DNA of 64,000 nucleotides. It comes from Macrostomum hystrix (lineage: Eukaryota > Animalia > Platyhelminthes). Both the position numbers and the translations under genes were made by a program. Location of the stretch: contig CATNEN010000003.1 in assembly GCA_950097015.1 (NCBI GenBank), forward strand, positions 13,950,001 to 14,014,000. The letters run 5' to 3'. The notes under the pieces were generated by a model. It did no database searches and was not told the origin of the DNA. It saw only the letters and a list, made by a program, of their open reading frames with translations. Every line of letters begins with the position of its first letter. Within the stretch, counting starts at the first letter, position 1. This document shows, piece by piece, positions 26,141 through 39,181 of this stretch.

Positions 26141-26240
26141 CGCCTTGAGTGCCAACCTCCAAGGCACAGTGAGAGTGTACACTGCCTGACGATGAGAAAG
26201 TCGAACCCCTGACCTTAAGTCGTTCTAATCACTAGTCTAC
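26141..26240. mobile_element. Chimeric SINE fragment: family-1 central block (+) joined to family-2 B-box region (-)
   Basis: 26154-26202 matches 42980-43028 at 48/49 nt. The reverse complement of 26201-26223 (acgacttaaggtcaggggttcga) matches the family-2 head acgacttgaaggtcgggggttcga. Confidence 0.7.
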
Positions 26241-26297
26241 AAGCACTAGTTGTCAATGCTAGGCTTTTAAATATTTTTTATTCTGCTTGTCTTCCAG

Positions 26298-26402
26298 CCC
26301 GCCATGGACAAAAACTCAACAGCGAGGACCTCAACAACTCAGCTGCTGGATGAGGTCATTAAAAAACTGGAAGAAATGCATGCCAAAGGCACAGTTGGAA
26401 TG
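26298..26402 (+). CDS. ZFYVE26: ZFYVE26 short coding exon
   Basis: Acceptor cttccag|, donor |gtgagt; 105 nt, phase 0/0. PAMDKNSTARTSTTQLLDEVIKKLEEMHAKGTVGM continues from RCLK as in spastizin. Confidence 0.8.
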
Positions 26403-26490
26403 GTGAGTGCAAAACTTCTGTGCCTGGGAACAGGTGTTTTACATGTTTAACAACTTTAAAATATTCTCTTTTAATTTATTAAAATATCAG

Positions 26491-26550
26491 CTACCGAAGA
26501 TTATCGAATTCATCAAGTCTAGCGATCAGTTGTTGAAGGAACCGGAGTTG
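26491..26550 (+). CDS. ZFYVE26: ZFYVE26 60-nt coding exon
   Basis: Acceptor atatcag|, donor |gtaagt; phase 0/0. Encodes LPKIIEFIKSSDQLLKEPEL. Confidence 0.7.
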
Positions 26551-26781
26551 GTAAGTGCTAGTTTACTTCGCATATTATTTCTGTTTGTTTTTTTAGACAA
26601 AATTATAGCAAAATCTGCTTAAGTGGCAAAAACTGTACTTTCTTGTCGGTGCTAGGAAGAAACTCAACTTTTTTGCCAACATTATCGATAATCAATTTAT
26701 TCCAGGCGAAACAGCTAAAGTATAATTTACTATTTCTGTTTTTCAAGCTCTGACATTTTTTGCTTCTGCATTTTAAATTTT

Positions 26782-28447
26782 TCTTCTTCTGGGACTGCTA
26801 GTGTCTTCTAATGGGACTGCTGGTGTCTTCTTCTGGGACTGCTAGTGTCTTCTAATGGGACTGCTGGAGTCTTCTTCTGGGGCTGCTAGTGTCTTCTAAT
26901 GGGACTGCTAGTGTCTTCTAATGGGACTGCTAGTGTCTTCTTCTGGGGCTGCTAGTGTCTTCTAATGGGACTGCTAGTGTCTTCTAATGGGACTGCTAGT
27001 GTTTTCTTCTGGGACTGCTAGTGTCTTCTTCTGGGGCTGCTAGTGTCTTCTTCTGGGGCTGCTAGTGTCTTCTAATGGGACTGCTAGTGTCTTCTAATGG
27101 GACTGCTAGTGTCTTCTAATGGGACTGCTAGTGTCTTCTAATGGGACTGCTAGTGTCTTCTAATGGGACTGCTAGTGTCTTCTAATGGGACTGCTAGTGT
27201 CTTCTAATGGGACTGCTAGTGTCTTCTTCTGGGGCTGCTAGTGTCTTCTAATGGGACTGCTAGTGTCTTCTAATGGGACTGCTAGTGTTTTCTTCTGGGA
27301 CTGCTAGTGTCTTCTTCTGGGGCTGCTAGTGTCTTCTTCTGGGGCTGCTAGTGTCTTCTAATGGGACTGCTAGTGTCTTCTAATGGGACTGCTAGTGTCT
27401 TCTTCTGGGGCTGCTAGTGTCTTCTAATGGGACTGCTAGTGTCTTCTAATGGGACTGCTAGTGTCTTCTTCTGGGACTGCTAGTGTCTTCTTCTGGGACT
27501 GCTAGTGTCTTCTTCTGTGACTGCTAGTGTCTTCTTCTGTGACTGCTAGTGTCTTCTTCTGGGACTGCTAGTGTCTTCTTCTGGGACTGCTAGTGTCTTC
27601 TTCTGGGACTGCTGGTGTCTTCTAATGGAACTGCTAGTGTCTTCTTCTGGGACTGCTAGTGTCTTCTTCTGGGACTGCTAGTGTCTTCTAATGGGACTGC
27701 TGGTGTCTTCTTCTGGGACTGCTAGTGTCTTCTAATGGGACTGCTAGTGTCTTCTTCTGGGACTGCTAGTGTCTTCTTCTGGGACTGCTAGTGTCTTCTT
27801 CTGGTACTGCTAGTGTCTTCTAATGGGACTGCTAGTGTCTTCTTCTGGGACTGCTAGTGTCTTCTTCTGGGACTGCTGGTGTCTTCTAATGGGACTGCTA
27901 GTGTCTTCTTCTGGGACTGCTGGTGTCTTCTAATGGGACTGCTAGTGTCTTCTTCTGGGACTGCTGGTGTCTTCTAATGGGACTGCTAGTGTCTTCTTCT
28001 GGGACTGCTAGTGTCTTCTTCTGGGACTGCTGGTGTCTTCTAATGGGACTGCTGGTGTCTTCTTCTGGGACTGCTAGTGTCTTCTAATGGGACTGCTAGT
28101 GTCTTCTTCTGGGACTGCTAGTGTCTTCTTCTGGGACTGCTAGTGTCTTCTTCTGGTACTGCTAGTGTCTTCTAATGGGACTGCTAGTGTCTTCTTCTGG
28201 GACTGCTAGTGTCTTCTTCTGGGACTGCTGGTGTCTTCTAATGGGACTGCTGGTGTCTTCTTCTGGGACTGCTAGTGTCTTCTAATGGGACTGCTAGTGT
28301 CTTCTTCTGGGACTGCTAGTGTCTTCTAATGGGACTGCTAGTGTCTTCTTCTGGGACTGCTAGTGTCTTCTAATGGGACTGCTAGTGTCTTCTTCTGGGA
28401 CTGCTAGTGTCTTCTTCTGGGACTGCTAGTGTCTTCTAATGGGACTC
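26782..28447. repeat. Minisatellite, 22-bp unit
   Basis: Units gggactgctagtgtcttctaat and gggactgctagtgtcttcttct. Confidence 0.97.
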
Positions 28448-28984
28448 TTGGACTCTTGGAGGACTTAGGTCTTTTACTGGGACTGTAGAGTTTTGAGCGA
28501 AACTCAGTACTATTGAGCTGTAAACTTACGACCATTAAATTTGATCTATAATGTTCTCAGTCTGTTGTATGTCTTTTAGTTGGGTCAAATTTCGGTGCAT
28601 TCCAAACAGGCTTGAGTAGGATATTTTGATAAGGTCTGTGAGGTCGGGCATTTTTTCTGAGGTTTAGAAAATGTTTCAGGGAAAAAACTTTTAGACTTTA
28701 ACTAGCACCAGGCTGTACCAGTTATTGTACATTTGTATAATATTTGATCTTACCTGATCACCTCATATTAGTGTGTAAGCTTTTTAATTCATTTAAATAA
28801 AATTAAAAACATGTTGCAATAACTTTTCTGCAATTCAAGTATGTTATCCAGTAACTGTTTAGTTTTGATTAGATGTCTAAATGTCACAAAATTGTTTGAG
28901 TTCGTATAAATATACCATTTTTACCTAGTTTTTATTTATAATTAATGTGTACTGTTTTAGCTATTTTGCCTGATAATCTTCTCT

Positions 28985-31900
28985 GTACTGTCTCATCTAC
29001 TCTCTTATCTACTCTCTTATCTACTCTCTTATCTACTGTATTATCTACTATCTTATCTACTGTCTTATCTACTGTCTTATCTACTATCTCATCTGCTATC
29101 TTATCTACTCTCTTATCTACGCTCTTATCTACTATCTTATCTACTGTCTTATCTACTGTCTTATCTACTATCATATATACTGTCTTATCTACTGTGTTAT
29201 CTACTGTCTTATCTACTGTCTTATCTACTGTCTTATCTACTGTCTTATCTACTGTCTTATCTACTGTCTTATCTAATATCTTATCTACTATCTTATCTAC
29301 TGTCTTATCTACTATCGTATCTACTTGTACTATCTCATCTACTATCTTCTTTACTGTCTTATCTACTTGTACTATCTCATCTACTATCTTATCTACTGTC
29401 TTATCTACTCTCTCATCTAATCTGTCCTCTGTTATCTTATCTACTCTCTCGTCTACTATCTTATCTACTCTCTCAACTACTGCCTTATCTACTCTCTCAT
29501 CTACTGACTTATCTACTCTCTCATCTACTGCCTTATTTACTCTCTCAACTACTGCCTTATCTACTCTCTCAACTACTGCCTTATCTACTCTCTCAACTAC
29601 TGCCTTATCTACTCTCTCAACTACTGCCTTGTCTACTCTCTCATCTACTGCCTTATCTACTCTCTCATCTACTGCCTTATCTACTATCTCATCTACTGCC
29701 TTATCTACTCTCTCATCTACTGCCTTATCTACTCTCTCAACTACTGCCTTATCTACTCTCTTATCTACTGCCTTATCTACTCTCATATCTACTTCCTTAT
29801 CTACTCTCTCAACTACTGCCTTATCTACTCTCTCAACTACTGCCTTATCTACTCTCTCAACTACTGCCTTATCTACTCTCTCAACTACTGCCTTATCTAC
29901 TCTCTCAACTACTGCCTTATCTACTCTCTCAACTACTGCCTTATCTACTCTCTCAACTACTGCCTTATCTACTCTCTCAACTACTGCCTTATCTACTCTC
30001 TCAACTACAGCCTTATCTACTCTCTCAACTACTGCCTTATCTATTATCTCAACTATTGCCTTATCTACTCTCTCAACTACTGCCTTATCTATTCTCTCAA
30101 CTACTGCCTTATCTATTCTCTCAACTACTTCCTTATCTACTCTCTCAACTACTGCCTTATCTATTCTCTCAACTACTGCCTTATCTATTCTCTCAACTAC
30201 TGCCTTATCTATTCTCTCAACTACTGCCTTATCTATTATCTCAACTACTGCCTTATCTACTCTCTTATCTACTGCCTTATCTACTCTCTTATCTACTTCC
30301 TTATCTACTCTCTCAACTACTGCCTTATCTACTCTCTAAACTACTGCCTTATCTATTCTCTCAACTACTGCCTTATCTATTCTCTCAACTACTGCCTTAT
30401 CTATTCTCTCAACTACTGCCTTATCTATTATCTCAACTATTGCCTTATCTACTCTCTCAACTACTGCCTTATCTATTCTCTCAACTACTGCCTTATCTAC
30501 TCTCTCAACTACTGCCTTATCTACTCTCTCAACTACTGCCTTATCTACTCTCTCAACTACTGCCTTATCTATTCTCTCAAGTACTGCCTTATCTACTCTC
30601 TCAACTACTGCCTTATCTACTCTCTCAACTACTGCCTTATCTACTCTCTCAACTACTGCCTTATCTACTCTCTCAACTACTGCCTTATCTACTCTCTCAA
30701 CTACTGACTTATCTACTCTCTCATCTACTGCCTTATTTACTCTCTCAACTACTGCCTTATCTACTCTCTCAACTACTGCCTTATCTACTCTCTCAACTAC
30801 TGCCTTATCTACTCTCTCAACTACTGCCTTATCTACTCTCTTATCTACTTCCTTATCTACTCTCTCAACTACTGCCTTATCTACTCTCTCAACTACTGCC
30901 TTATCTACTCTCTCAACTACTGCCTTATCTACTCTCTCAACTACTGCCTTATCTACTCTCTCAACTACTTCCTTATCTACTCTCTCAACTACTGCCTTAT
31001 CTATTCTCTCAACTACTGCCTTATCTATTCTCTCAACTACTGCCTTATCTATTCTCTCAACTACTGCCTTATCTATTATCTCAACTACTGCCTTATCTAC
31101 TCTCTTATCTACTGCCTTATCTACTCTCTTATCTACTTCCTTATCTACTCTCTCAACTACTGCCTTATCTATTCTCTCAACTACTGCCTTATCTATTCTC
31201 TCAACTACTGCCTTATCTATTCTCTCAACTACTGCCTTATCTATTCTCTCAACTACTGCCTTATCTATTATCTCAACTACTGCCTTATCTATTCTCTCAA
31301 CTACTGCCTTATCTATTCTCTCAACTACTGCCTTATCTACTCTCTCAACTACTGCCTTATCTACTCTCTCAACTACTGCCTTATCTACTCTCTCAACTAC
31401 TGCCTTATCTATTCTCTCAAGTACTGCCTTATCTACTCTCTCAACTACTGCCTTATCTACTCTCTCAACTACTGCCTTATCTACTCTCTCAACTACTGCC
31501 TTATCTACTCTCTCAACTACTGCCTTATCTACTCTCTCAACTACTGCCTTATCTACTCTCTAAACTACTGCCTTATCTATTCTCTCAACTACTGCCTTAT
31601 CTATTCTCTCAACTACTGCCTTATCTATTATCTCAACTACTGCCTTATCTACTCTCTCAACTACTGCCTTATCTATTCTCTCAACTACTGCCTTATCTAT
31701 TCTCTCAACTACTGCCTTATCTATTCTCTCAACTACTGCCTTATCTATTATCTCAACTACTGCCTTATCTACTCTCTTATCTACTGCCTTATCTACTCTC
31801 TTATCTACTTCCTTATCTACTCTCTCAACTACTGCCTTATCTACTCTCTCAACTATTGCCTTATTTACTCTCTCATCTACTGCCTTATCTACTGTCTTAT

Positions 31901-32440
31901 ATACTGTGTTATCTACTGTCTTATCTATTGTGTTATCTACTGTCTTATCTACTGTATTATCTACTGTCTTATCTACTGTCTTATCTACTCTCTTATCTAC
32001 TCTCTTATCTACTATCTTATCTACTATCTTATCTACTATCTTATCTACTATCTCATCTACTGCCTTATCTACTTTCATCTACTGCCTTATCTACTATCTC
32101 ATCTACTGCCTTATCTACTTTCATCTACTGCCTTATCTACTCTCTCATCTAATCTATCCTCTATTATCATATCTACTATATTATCTACTATCTTATCTAC
32201 TCTCTCATCTAATCTGTCCTCTGTTATCTTATCTACTCTCTCGGCTACTATCTTATCTACTCTCTCAACTACTTCCTTATCTACTCTCTCAACTACTGCC
32301 TTATCTACTCTCTCATCTAATCTATCCTCTATTTTCTTATCTACTCTCTTATCTACTATCTTATTTACTATCTTATTTACTATCTTATTTACTGTCTTAT
32401 CTACTCTCCTATCTGCCGTAGCATCTACTTTCTACTCTAC
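28985..32440. repeat. Layered minisatellite: 12-bp units at the edges, 24-bp dimer in the centre
   Basis: Flanks ttatctactgtc; core ttatctactctctcaactactgcc. Confidence 0.97.
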
Positions 32441-32814
32441 CATAATAATTGCTCATTTTCCAGCAGCTACGGCCTATGTAGTATAGAATGTTCCCACTGA
32501 ACTCACACATTTTTGTCGTCTTCCATTGAAAAGTTGAAACGCTTGTTAGCTTCTTTTACTTATTTTCTCATTGAATAGTGAAATACGAATTCGCAGTTTT
32601 CTTTTTCTCGACTTTATATGCACAATTGGCACTGACTACATTTTCTACAGCTTTCGTCACATTTAACTATAGGGTATTGCCTCTGGGCCAATCAGGTTCT
32701 CCTTGATGCTCATCACATACATTTCGCTAAATATCTAAACATTTTTTGTACTTAGCTACTAAAAGTAGCATTTTTGTCTCTGAATCGTGTAGGTTTGTTT
32801 CTTATTCTTCTCAT

Positions 32815-33390
32815 GGATCGCCTGAAGCTTCAGGATCATCAGGGAGAATATCTCAGGAATCGCCTGAAGCTTCAGGATCATCAGGGAGAATATCTGAGGG
32901 GTCGCCTGAAGCTTCAGGATGAATATCTCAGGGATCGCCTGAAGCTTCAGGATCATCAGGGAGAATATCTGAGGGGTCGCCTGAAGCTTCAGGATGAATA
33001 TCTCAGGGATCGCCTGAAGCTTCAGGATCATCAGGGTGAATATCTCAGGGATCGCCTGAAGCTTCAGGATCATCAGGGAGAATATCTCAGGGATCGCCTG
33101 AAGCTTCAGGATCATCAGGGTGAATATCTCAGGGATCGCCTGAAGCTTCAGGATCATCAGGGTGAATATCTCAGGGATCGCCTGAAGCTTCAGGATCATC
33201 AGGGAGAATATCTCAGGGATCGCCTGAAGCTTCAGGATCATCAGGGTGAATATCTCAGGGATCGCCTGAAGCTTCAGGATCATCAGGGTGAATATCTCAG
33301 GGATCGCCTGAAGCTTCAGGATCATCAGGGTGAATATCTCAGGGATCGCCTGAAGCTTCAGGATCATCATGGAGAATATCTCAGGTATCG
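32815..33390. repeat. Minisatellite, 42-bp unit containing a 14-bp palindrome
   Basis: Unit gatcgcctgaagcttcaggatcatcagggtgaatatctcagg. Confidence 0.97.
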
Positions 33391-33811
33391 ACTAAAGAGC
33401 CAGATGTTTTAGATTTGAAATCTGAAATATCTGAGAAATCTGAAGCCTATAAAAAAAGTAAATTTAAAAAATCGTAAAAAATCTGAATTGATTTTGTACT
33501 GAAAATCTTTTTTGTTCATTATTATTTAGAGTGGAATATCAAATTTTAGGGTTTTGTGTGAGTCATTAATTTTCTTTCCATTTCATCACCAGCTCGTTTT
33601 CGCTTGGGCAAAAGTAACTTTCTCGTTTTAAAATAAGTAATAAATTTGACATTAAAATTTTTCAGATAATTTCGACTTTTAAGTCGGTTTTTTATGTGCA
33701 TTTGCAATATCAAATTTCCTTCCTTATCCGAGAAAGTTATAAAAAGCAAAAAAATCGTTTTAAAACGTTACTCGGAAGCTAAACGGTTTTTAATTTTAAA
33801 AAATTCGACAA

Positions 33812-36800
33812 GTATCTGATGCTGTTAGACAGTCTGTGGTGTGGTTAGACAGTCTCTGATGCTGTTAGACAATTTTTGGAGTGGTTAGACAGTCTCTGAT
33901 GCTGTTAGACAGTCTGTGGTGTGGTTAGACAGTCTCTGATGCTGTTAGACAATTTTTGGAGTGGTTAGACAGTCTCTGATGCTGTTAGACAGTCTGTGGT
34001 GTGGTTAGACAGTCTCTGATGCTGTTAGACAATTTTTGGAGTGGTTAGACAGTCTCTGATGCTGTTAGACAGTCTGTGGTGTGGTTAGACAGTCTCTGAT
34101 GCTGTTAGACAATTTTTGGAGTGGTTAGACAGTCTCTGATGCTGTTAGACAGTCTGTGGTGTGGTTAGACAGTCTCTGATGCTGTTAGACAATTTTTGGA
34201 GTGGTTAGACAGTCTCTGATGCTGTTAGACAGTCTGTGGTGTGGTTAGACAGTCTCTGATGCTGTTAGACAGTCTGTAATGCTGTTAGACAGTCTGTGGT
34301 GTGGTTAGACAGTCTCTGATGCTGTTAGACAGTCTCTGATGCTGTTAGACAATTTTTGGAGTGGTTAGACAGTCTCTGATGCTGTTAGACAGTCTGTAAT
34401 GCTGTTAGACAGTCTGTGGTGTGGTTAGACAGTCTCTGATGCTGTTAGACAGTCTCTGATGCTGTTAGACAATTTTTGGAGTGGTTAGACAGTCTCTGAT
34501 GCTGTTAGACAGTTTGTGGTGTGGTTAGACAGTCTCTGATGCTGTTAGACAGTCTGTAATGCTGTTAGACAGTCTGTGGTGTGGTTAGACAGTCTCTGAT
34601 GCTGTTAGACAGTCTGTGGTGTGGTTAGACAGTCTGTGGTGTGGTTAGACAGTCTGTGGTGTGGTTAGACAGTCTGTAATGCTGTTAGACAGTTTGTGGT
34701 GTGGTTAGACAGTCTCTGATGCTGTTAGACAGTCTGTAATGCTGTTAGACAGTCTGTGGTGTGGTTAGACAGTCTGTGGTGTGGTTAGACAGTCTGTGGT
34801 GTGGTTAGACAGTCTGTGGTGTGGTTAGACAGTCTGTAATGCTGTTAGACAGTTTGTGGTGTGGTTAGACAGTCTCTGATGCTGTTAGACAGTCTGTAAT
34901 GCTGTTAGACAGTTTGTGGTGTGGTTAGACAGTCTCTGATGCTGTTAGACAGTCTGTAATGCTGTTAGACAGTCTGTGGAGTGGTTAGACAGTCTGTGGT
35001 GTGGTTAGACAGTCTGTGGAGTGGTTAGACAGTCTGTGGAGTGGTTAGACAGTCTGTGGAGTGGTTAGACAGTCTCTGATGCTGTTAGACAGTCTGTAAT
35101 GCTGTTAGACAGTTTGTGGTGTGGTTAGACAGTCTCTGATGCTGTCAGACAGTCTGTGGAGTGGTTGGACAGTTTCTGATGCTGTTAGACAGTTTGTGGT
35201 GTGGTTAGACAGTCTCTGATGCTGTTAGACAGTCTCTGATGCTGTTAGAAGTCTCTGATGCTGTTAGACAGTCTGTAATGCTGTTAGACAGTCTGTGGAG
35301 TGGTTAGACAGTCTCTGATGCTGTTAGACAGTCTGTGGAGTGGTTGGACAGTTTCTGATGCTGTCAGACAGTCTGTGGAGTGGTTGGACAGTTTCTGATG
35401 CTGTTAGACAGTCTGTGGAGTGGTTGGACAGTTTCTGATGCTGTTAGACAGTCTGTGGAGTGGTTGGACAGTTTCTGATGCTGTTAGACAGTCTGTGGAG
35501 TGGTTGGACAGTTTCTGATGCTGTTAGACAGTCTGTGGAGTGGTTGGACAGTTTCTGATGCTGTTAGACAGTCTCTGATGCTGTTAGACAGTCTGTAATG
35601 CTGTTAGACAGTCTGTGGTGTGGTTAGACAGTCTCTGATGCTGTTAGACAGTTTGTGGTGTGGTTAGACAGTCTGTAATGCTGTTAGACAGTTTGTGGTG
35701 TGGTTAGACAGTCTCTGATGCTGTTAGACAGTCTGTAATGCTGTTAGACAGTTTGTGGTGTGGTTGGACAGTTTCTGATGCTGTTAGACAGTTTGTGGTG
35801 TGGTTAGACAGTCTCTGATGCTGTCAGACAGTCTGTGGAGTGGTTGGACAGTTTCTGATGCTGTTAGACAGTTTGTGGTGTGGTTAGACAGTCTCTGATG
35901 CTGTTAGACAGTCTCTGATGCTGTTAGAAGTCTCTGATGCTGTTAGACAGTCTGTAATGCTGTTAGACAGTCTGTGGAGTGGTTAGACAGTCTTTGATGC
36001 TGTCAGACAGTCTGTGGAGTGGTTGGACAGTCTCTGATGCTGTTAGACAGTCTCTGATGCTGTCAGACAGTCTGTGGAGTGGTTGGACAGTCTCTGATGC
36101 TGTTAGACAGTCTCTGATGCTGTTAGACAGTTTGTGGTGTGGTTAGACAGTCTCTGATGCTGTTAGACAGTCTCTGATGCTGTTAGAAGTCTCTGATGCT
36201 GTTAGACAGTCTGTAATGCTGTTAGACAGTCTGTGGAGTGGTTAGACAGTCTCTGATGCTGTCAGACAGTCTGTGGAGTGGTTGGACAGTCTCTGATGCT
36301 GTTAGACAGTCTCTGATGCTGTTAGACAGTCTGTAATGCTGTTAGACAGTCTGTGGTGTGGTTAGACAGTCTCTGATGCTGTTAGACAGTCTCTGATGCT
36401 GTTAGACAATTTTTGGAGTGGTTAGACAGTCTCTGATGCTGTTAGACAGTTTGTGGTGTGGTTAGACAGTCTCTGATGCTGTTAGACAGTCTGTAATGCT
36501 GTTAGACAGTCTGTGGTGTGGTTAGACAGTCTCTGATGCTGTTAGACAGTCTGTGGTGTGGTTAGACAGTCTGTGGTGTGGTTAGACAGTCTGTGGTGTG
36601 GTTAGACAGTCTGTAATGCTGTTAGACAGTTTGTGGTGTGGTTAGACAGTCTCTGATGCTGTTAGACAGTCTGTAATGCTGTTAGACAGTCTGTGGTGTG
36701 GTTAGACAGTCTGTGGTGTGGTTAGACAGTCTGTGGTGTGGTTAGACAGTCTGTGGTGTGGTTAGACAGTCTGTAATGCTGTTAGACAGTTTGTGGTGTG

Positions 36801-39150
36801 GTTAGACAGTCTCTGATGCTGTTAGACAGTCTGTAATGCTGTTAGACAGTTTGTGGTGTGGTTAGACAGTCTCTGATGCTGTTAGACAGTCTGTAATGCT
36901 GTTAGACAGTCTGTGGAGTGGTTAGACAGTCTGTGGTGTGGTTAGACAGTCTGTGGAGTGGTTAGACAGTCTGTGGAGTGGTTAGACAGTCTGTGGAGTG
37001 GTTAGACAGTCTGTGGTGTGGTTAGACAGTCTGTAATGCTGTTAGACAGTTTGTGGTGTGGTTAGACAGTCTCTGATGCTGTTAGACAGTCTGTGGAGTG
37101 GTTGGACAGTCTGTAATGCTGTTAGACAGTTTGTGGTGTGGTTAGACAGTCTCTGATGCTGTTAGACAGTCTGTAATGCTGTTAGACAGTTTGTGGTGTG
37201 GTTAGACAGTCTCTGATGCTGTCAGACAGTCTGTGGAGTGGTTGGACAGTTTCTGATGCTGTTAGACAGTTTGTGGTGTGGTTAGACAGTCTCTGATGCT
37301 GTTAGACAGTCTCTGATGCTGTTAGAAGTCTCTGATGCTGTTAGACAGTCTGTAATGCTGTTAGACAGTCTGTGGAGTGGTTAGACAGTCTCTGATGCTG
37401 TTAGACAGTCTGTGGAGTGGTTGGACAGTTTCTGATGCTGTCAGACAGTCTGTGGAGTGGTTGGACAGTTTCTGATGCTGTTAGACAGTCTGTGGAGTGG
37501 TTGGACAGTTTCTGATGCTGTTAGACAGTCTGTGGAGTGGTTGGACAGTTTCTGATGCTGTTAGACAGTCTCTGATGCTGTTAGACAGTCTGTAATGCTG
37601 TTAGACAGTCTGTGGTGTGGTTAGACAGTCTCTGATGCTGTTAGACAGTTTGTGGTGTGGTTAGACAGTCTGTAATGCTGTTAGACAGTTTGTGGTGTGG
37701 TTAGACAGTCTCTGATGCTGTTAGACAGTCTGTAATGCTGTTAGACAGTTTGTGGTGTGGTTGGACAGTTTCTGATGCTGTTAGACAGTTTGTGGTGTGG
37801 TTAGACAGTCTCTGATGCTGTCAGACAGTCTGTGGAGTGGTTGGACAGTTTCTGATGCTGTTAGACAGTTTGTGGTGTGGTTAGACAGTCTCTGATGCTG
37901 TTAGACAGTCTCTGATGCTGTTAGAAGTCTCTGATGCTGTTAGACAGTCTGTAATGCTGTTAGACAGTCTGTGGAGTGGTTAGACAGTCTCTGATGCTGT
38001 TAGACAGTCTGTGGAGTGGTTGGACAGTTTCTGATGCTGTTAGACAGTCTGTGGAGTGGTTGGACAGTTTCTGATGCTGTCAGACAGTCTGTGGAGTGGT
38101 TGGACAGTTTCTGATGCTGTTAGACAGTCTGTGGAGTGGTTGGACAGTTTCTGATGCTGTTAGACAGTCTGTGGAGTGGTTGGACAGTTTCTGATGCTGT
38201 TAGACAGTCTGTGGAGTGGTTGGACAGTTTCTGATGCTGTTAGACAGTCTCTGATGCTGTTAGACAGTCTGTAATGCTGTTAGACAGTCTGTGGTGTGGT
38301 TAGACAGTCTCTGATGCTGTTAGACAGTTTGTGGTGTGGTTAGACAGTCTGTAATGCTGTTAGACAGTTTGTGGTGTGGTTAGACAGTCTCTGATGCTGT
38401 TAGACAGTCTGTAATGCTGTTAGACAGTTTGTGGTGTGGTTGGACAGTTTCTGATGCTGTTAGACAGTTTGTGGTGTGGTTAGACAGTCTCTGATGCTGT
38501 CAGACAGTCTGTGGAGTGGTTGGACAGTTTCTGATGCTGTTAGACAGTTTGTGGTGTGGTTAGACAGTCTCTGATGCTGTTAGACAGTCTCTGATGCTGT
38601 TAGAAGTCTCTGATGCTGTTAGACAGTCTGTAATGCTGTTAGACAGTCTGTGGAGTGGTTAGACAGTCTCTGATGCTGTCAGACAGTCTGTGGAGTGGTT
38701 GGACAGTCTCTGATGCTGTTAGACAGTCTCTGATGCTGTCAGACAGTCTGTGGAGTGGTTGGACAGTCTCTGATGCTGTTAGACAGTCTCTGATGCTGTT
38801 AGACAGTTTGTGGTGTGGTTAGACAGTCTCTGATGCTGTTAGACAGTCTCTGATGCTGTTAGAAGTCTCTGATGCTGTTAGACAGTCTGTAATGCTGTTA
38901 GACAGTCTGTGGAGTGGTTAGACAGTCTCTGATGCTGTCAGACAGTCTGTGGAGTGGTTGGACAGTCTCTGATGCTGTTAGACAGTCTCTGATGCTGTCA
39001 GACAGTCTGTGGAGTGGTTGGACAGTTTCTGATGCTGTTAGACAGTCTCTGATGCTGTCAGACAGTCTGTGGAGTGGTTGGACAGTTTCTGATGCTGTTA
39101 GACAGTCTCTGATGCTGTCAGAGTCTGTGGAGTGGTTGGACAGTTTCTGA
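33812..39150. repeat. 5.3-kb minisatellite, 20-bp combinatorial variant units
   Basis: Mixed gctgttagac/gtggttagac and agtctctgat/agtctgtggt/agtctgtaat half-units. Ends about 30 bp before the acceptor at 39181. Confidence 0.98.
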
Positions 39151-39181
39151 TAATAATTCATCTCTGCCTTGTTCTCCGCAG

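Noticed and set aside
26138-26182. N-terminal MYTLTVPWRLALKAI of the tracked GPCR ORF
   Set aside because: It begins at a GTG within SINE-derived sequence; the first ATG is at 26137.
28932-32421. Long mucin-like or antigen-like ORFs up to 698 aa
   Set aside because: 12/24-bp minisatellite; open frames on both strands with sporadic stops and no unique coding flanks.
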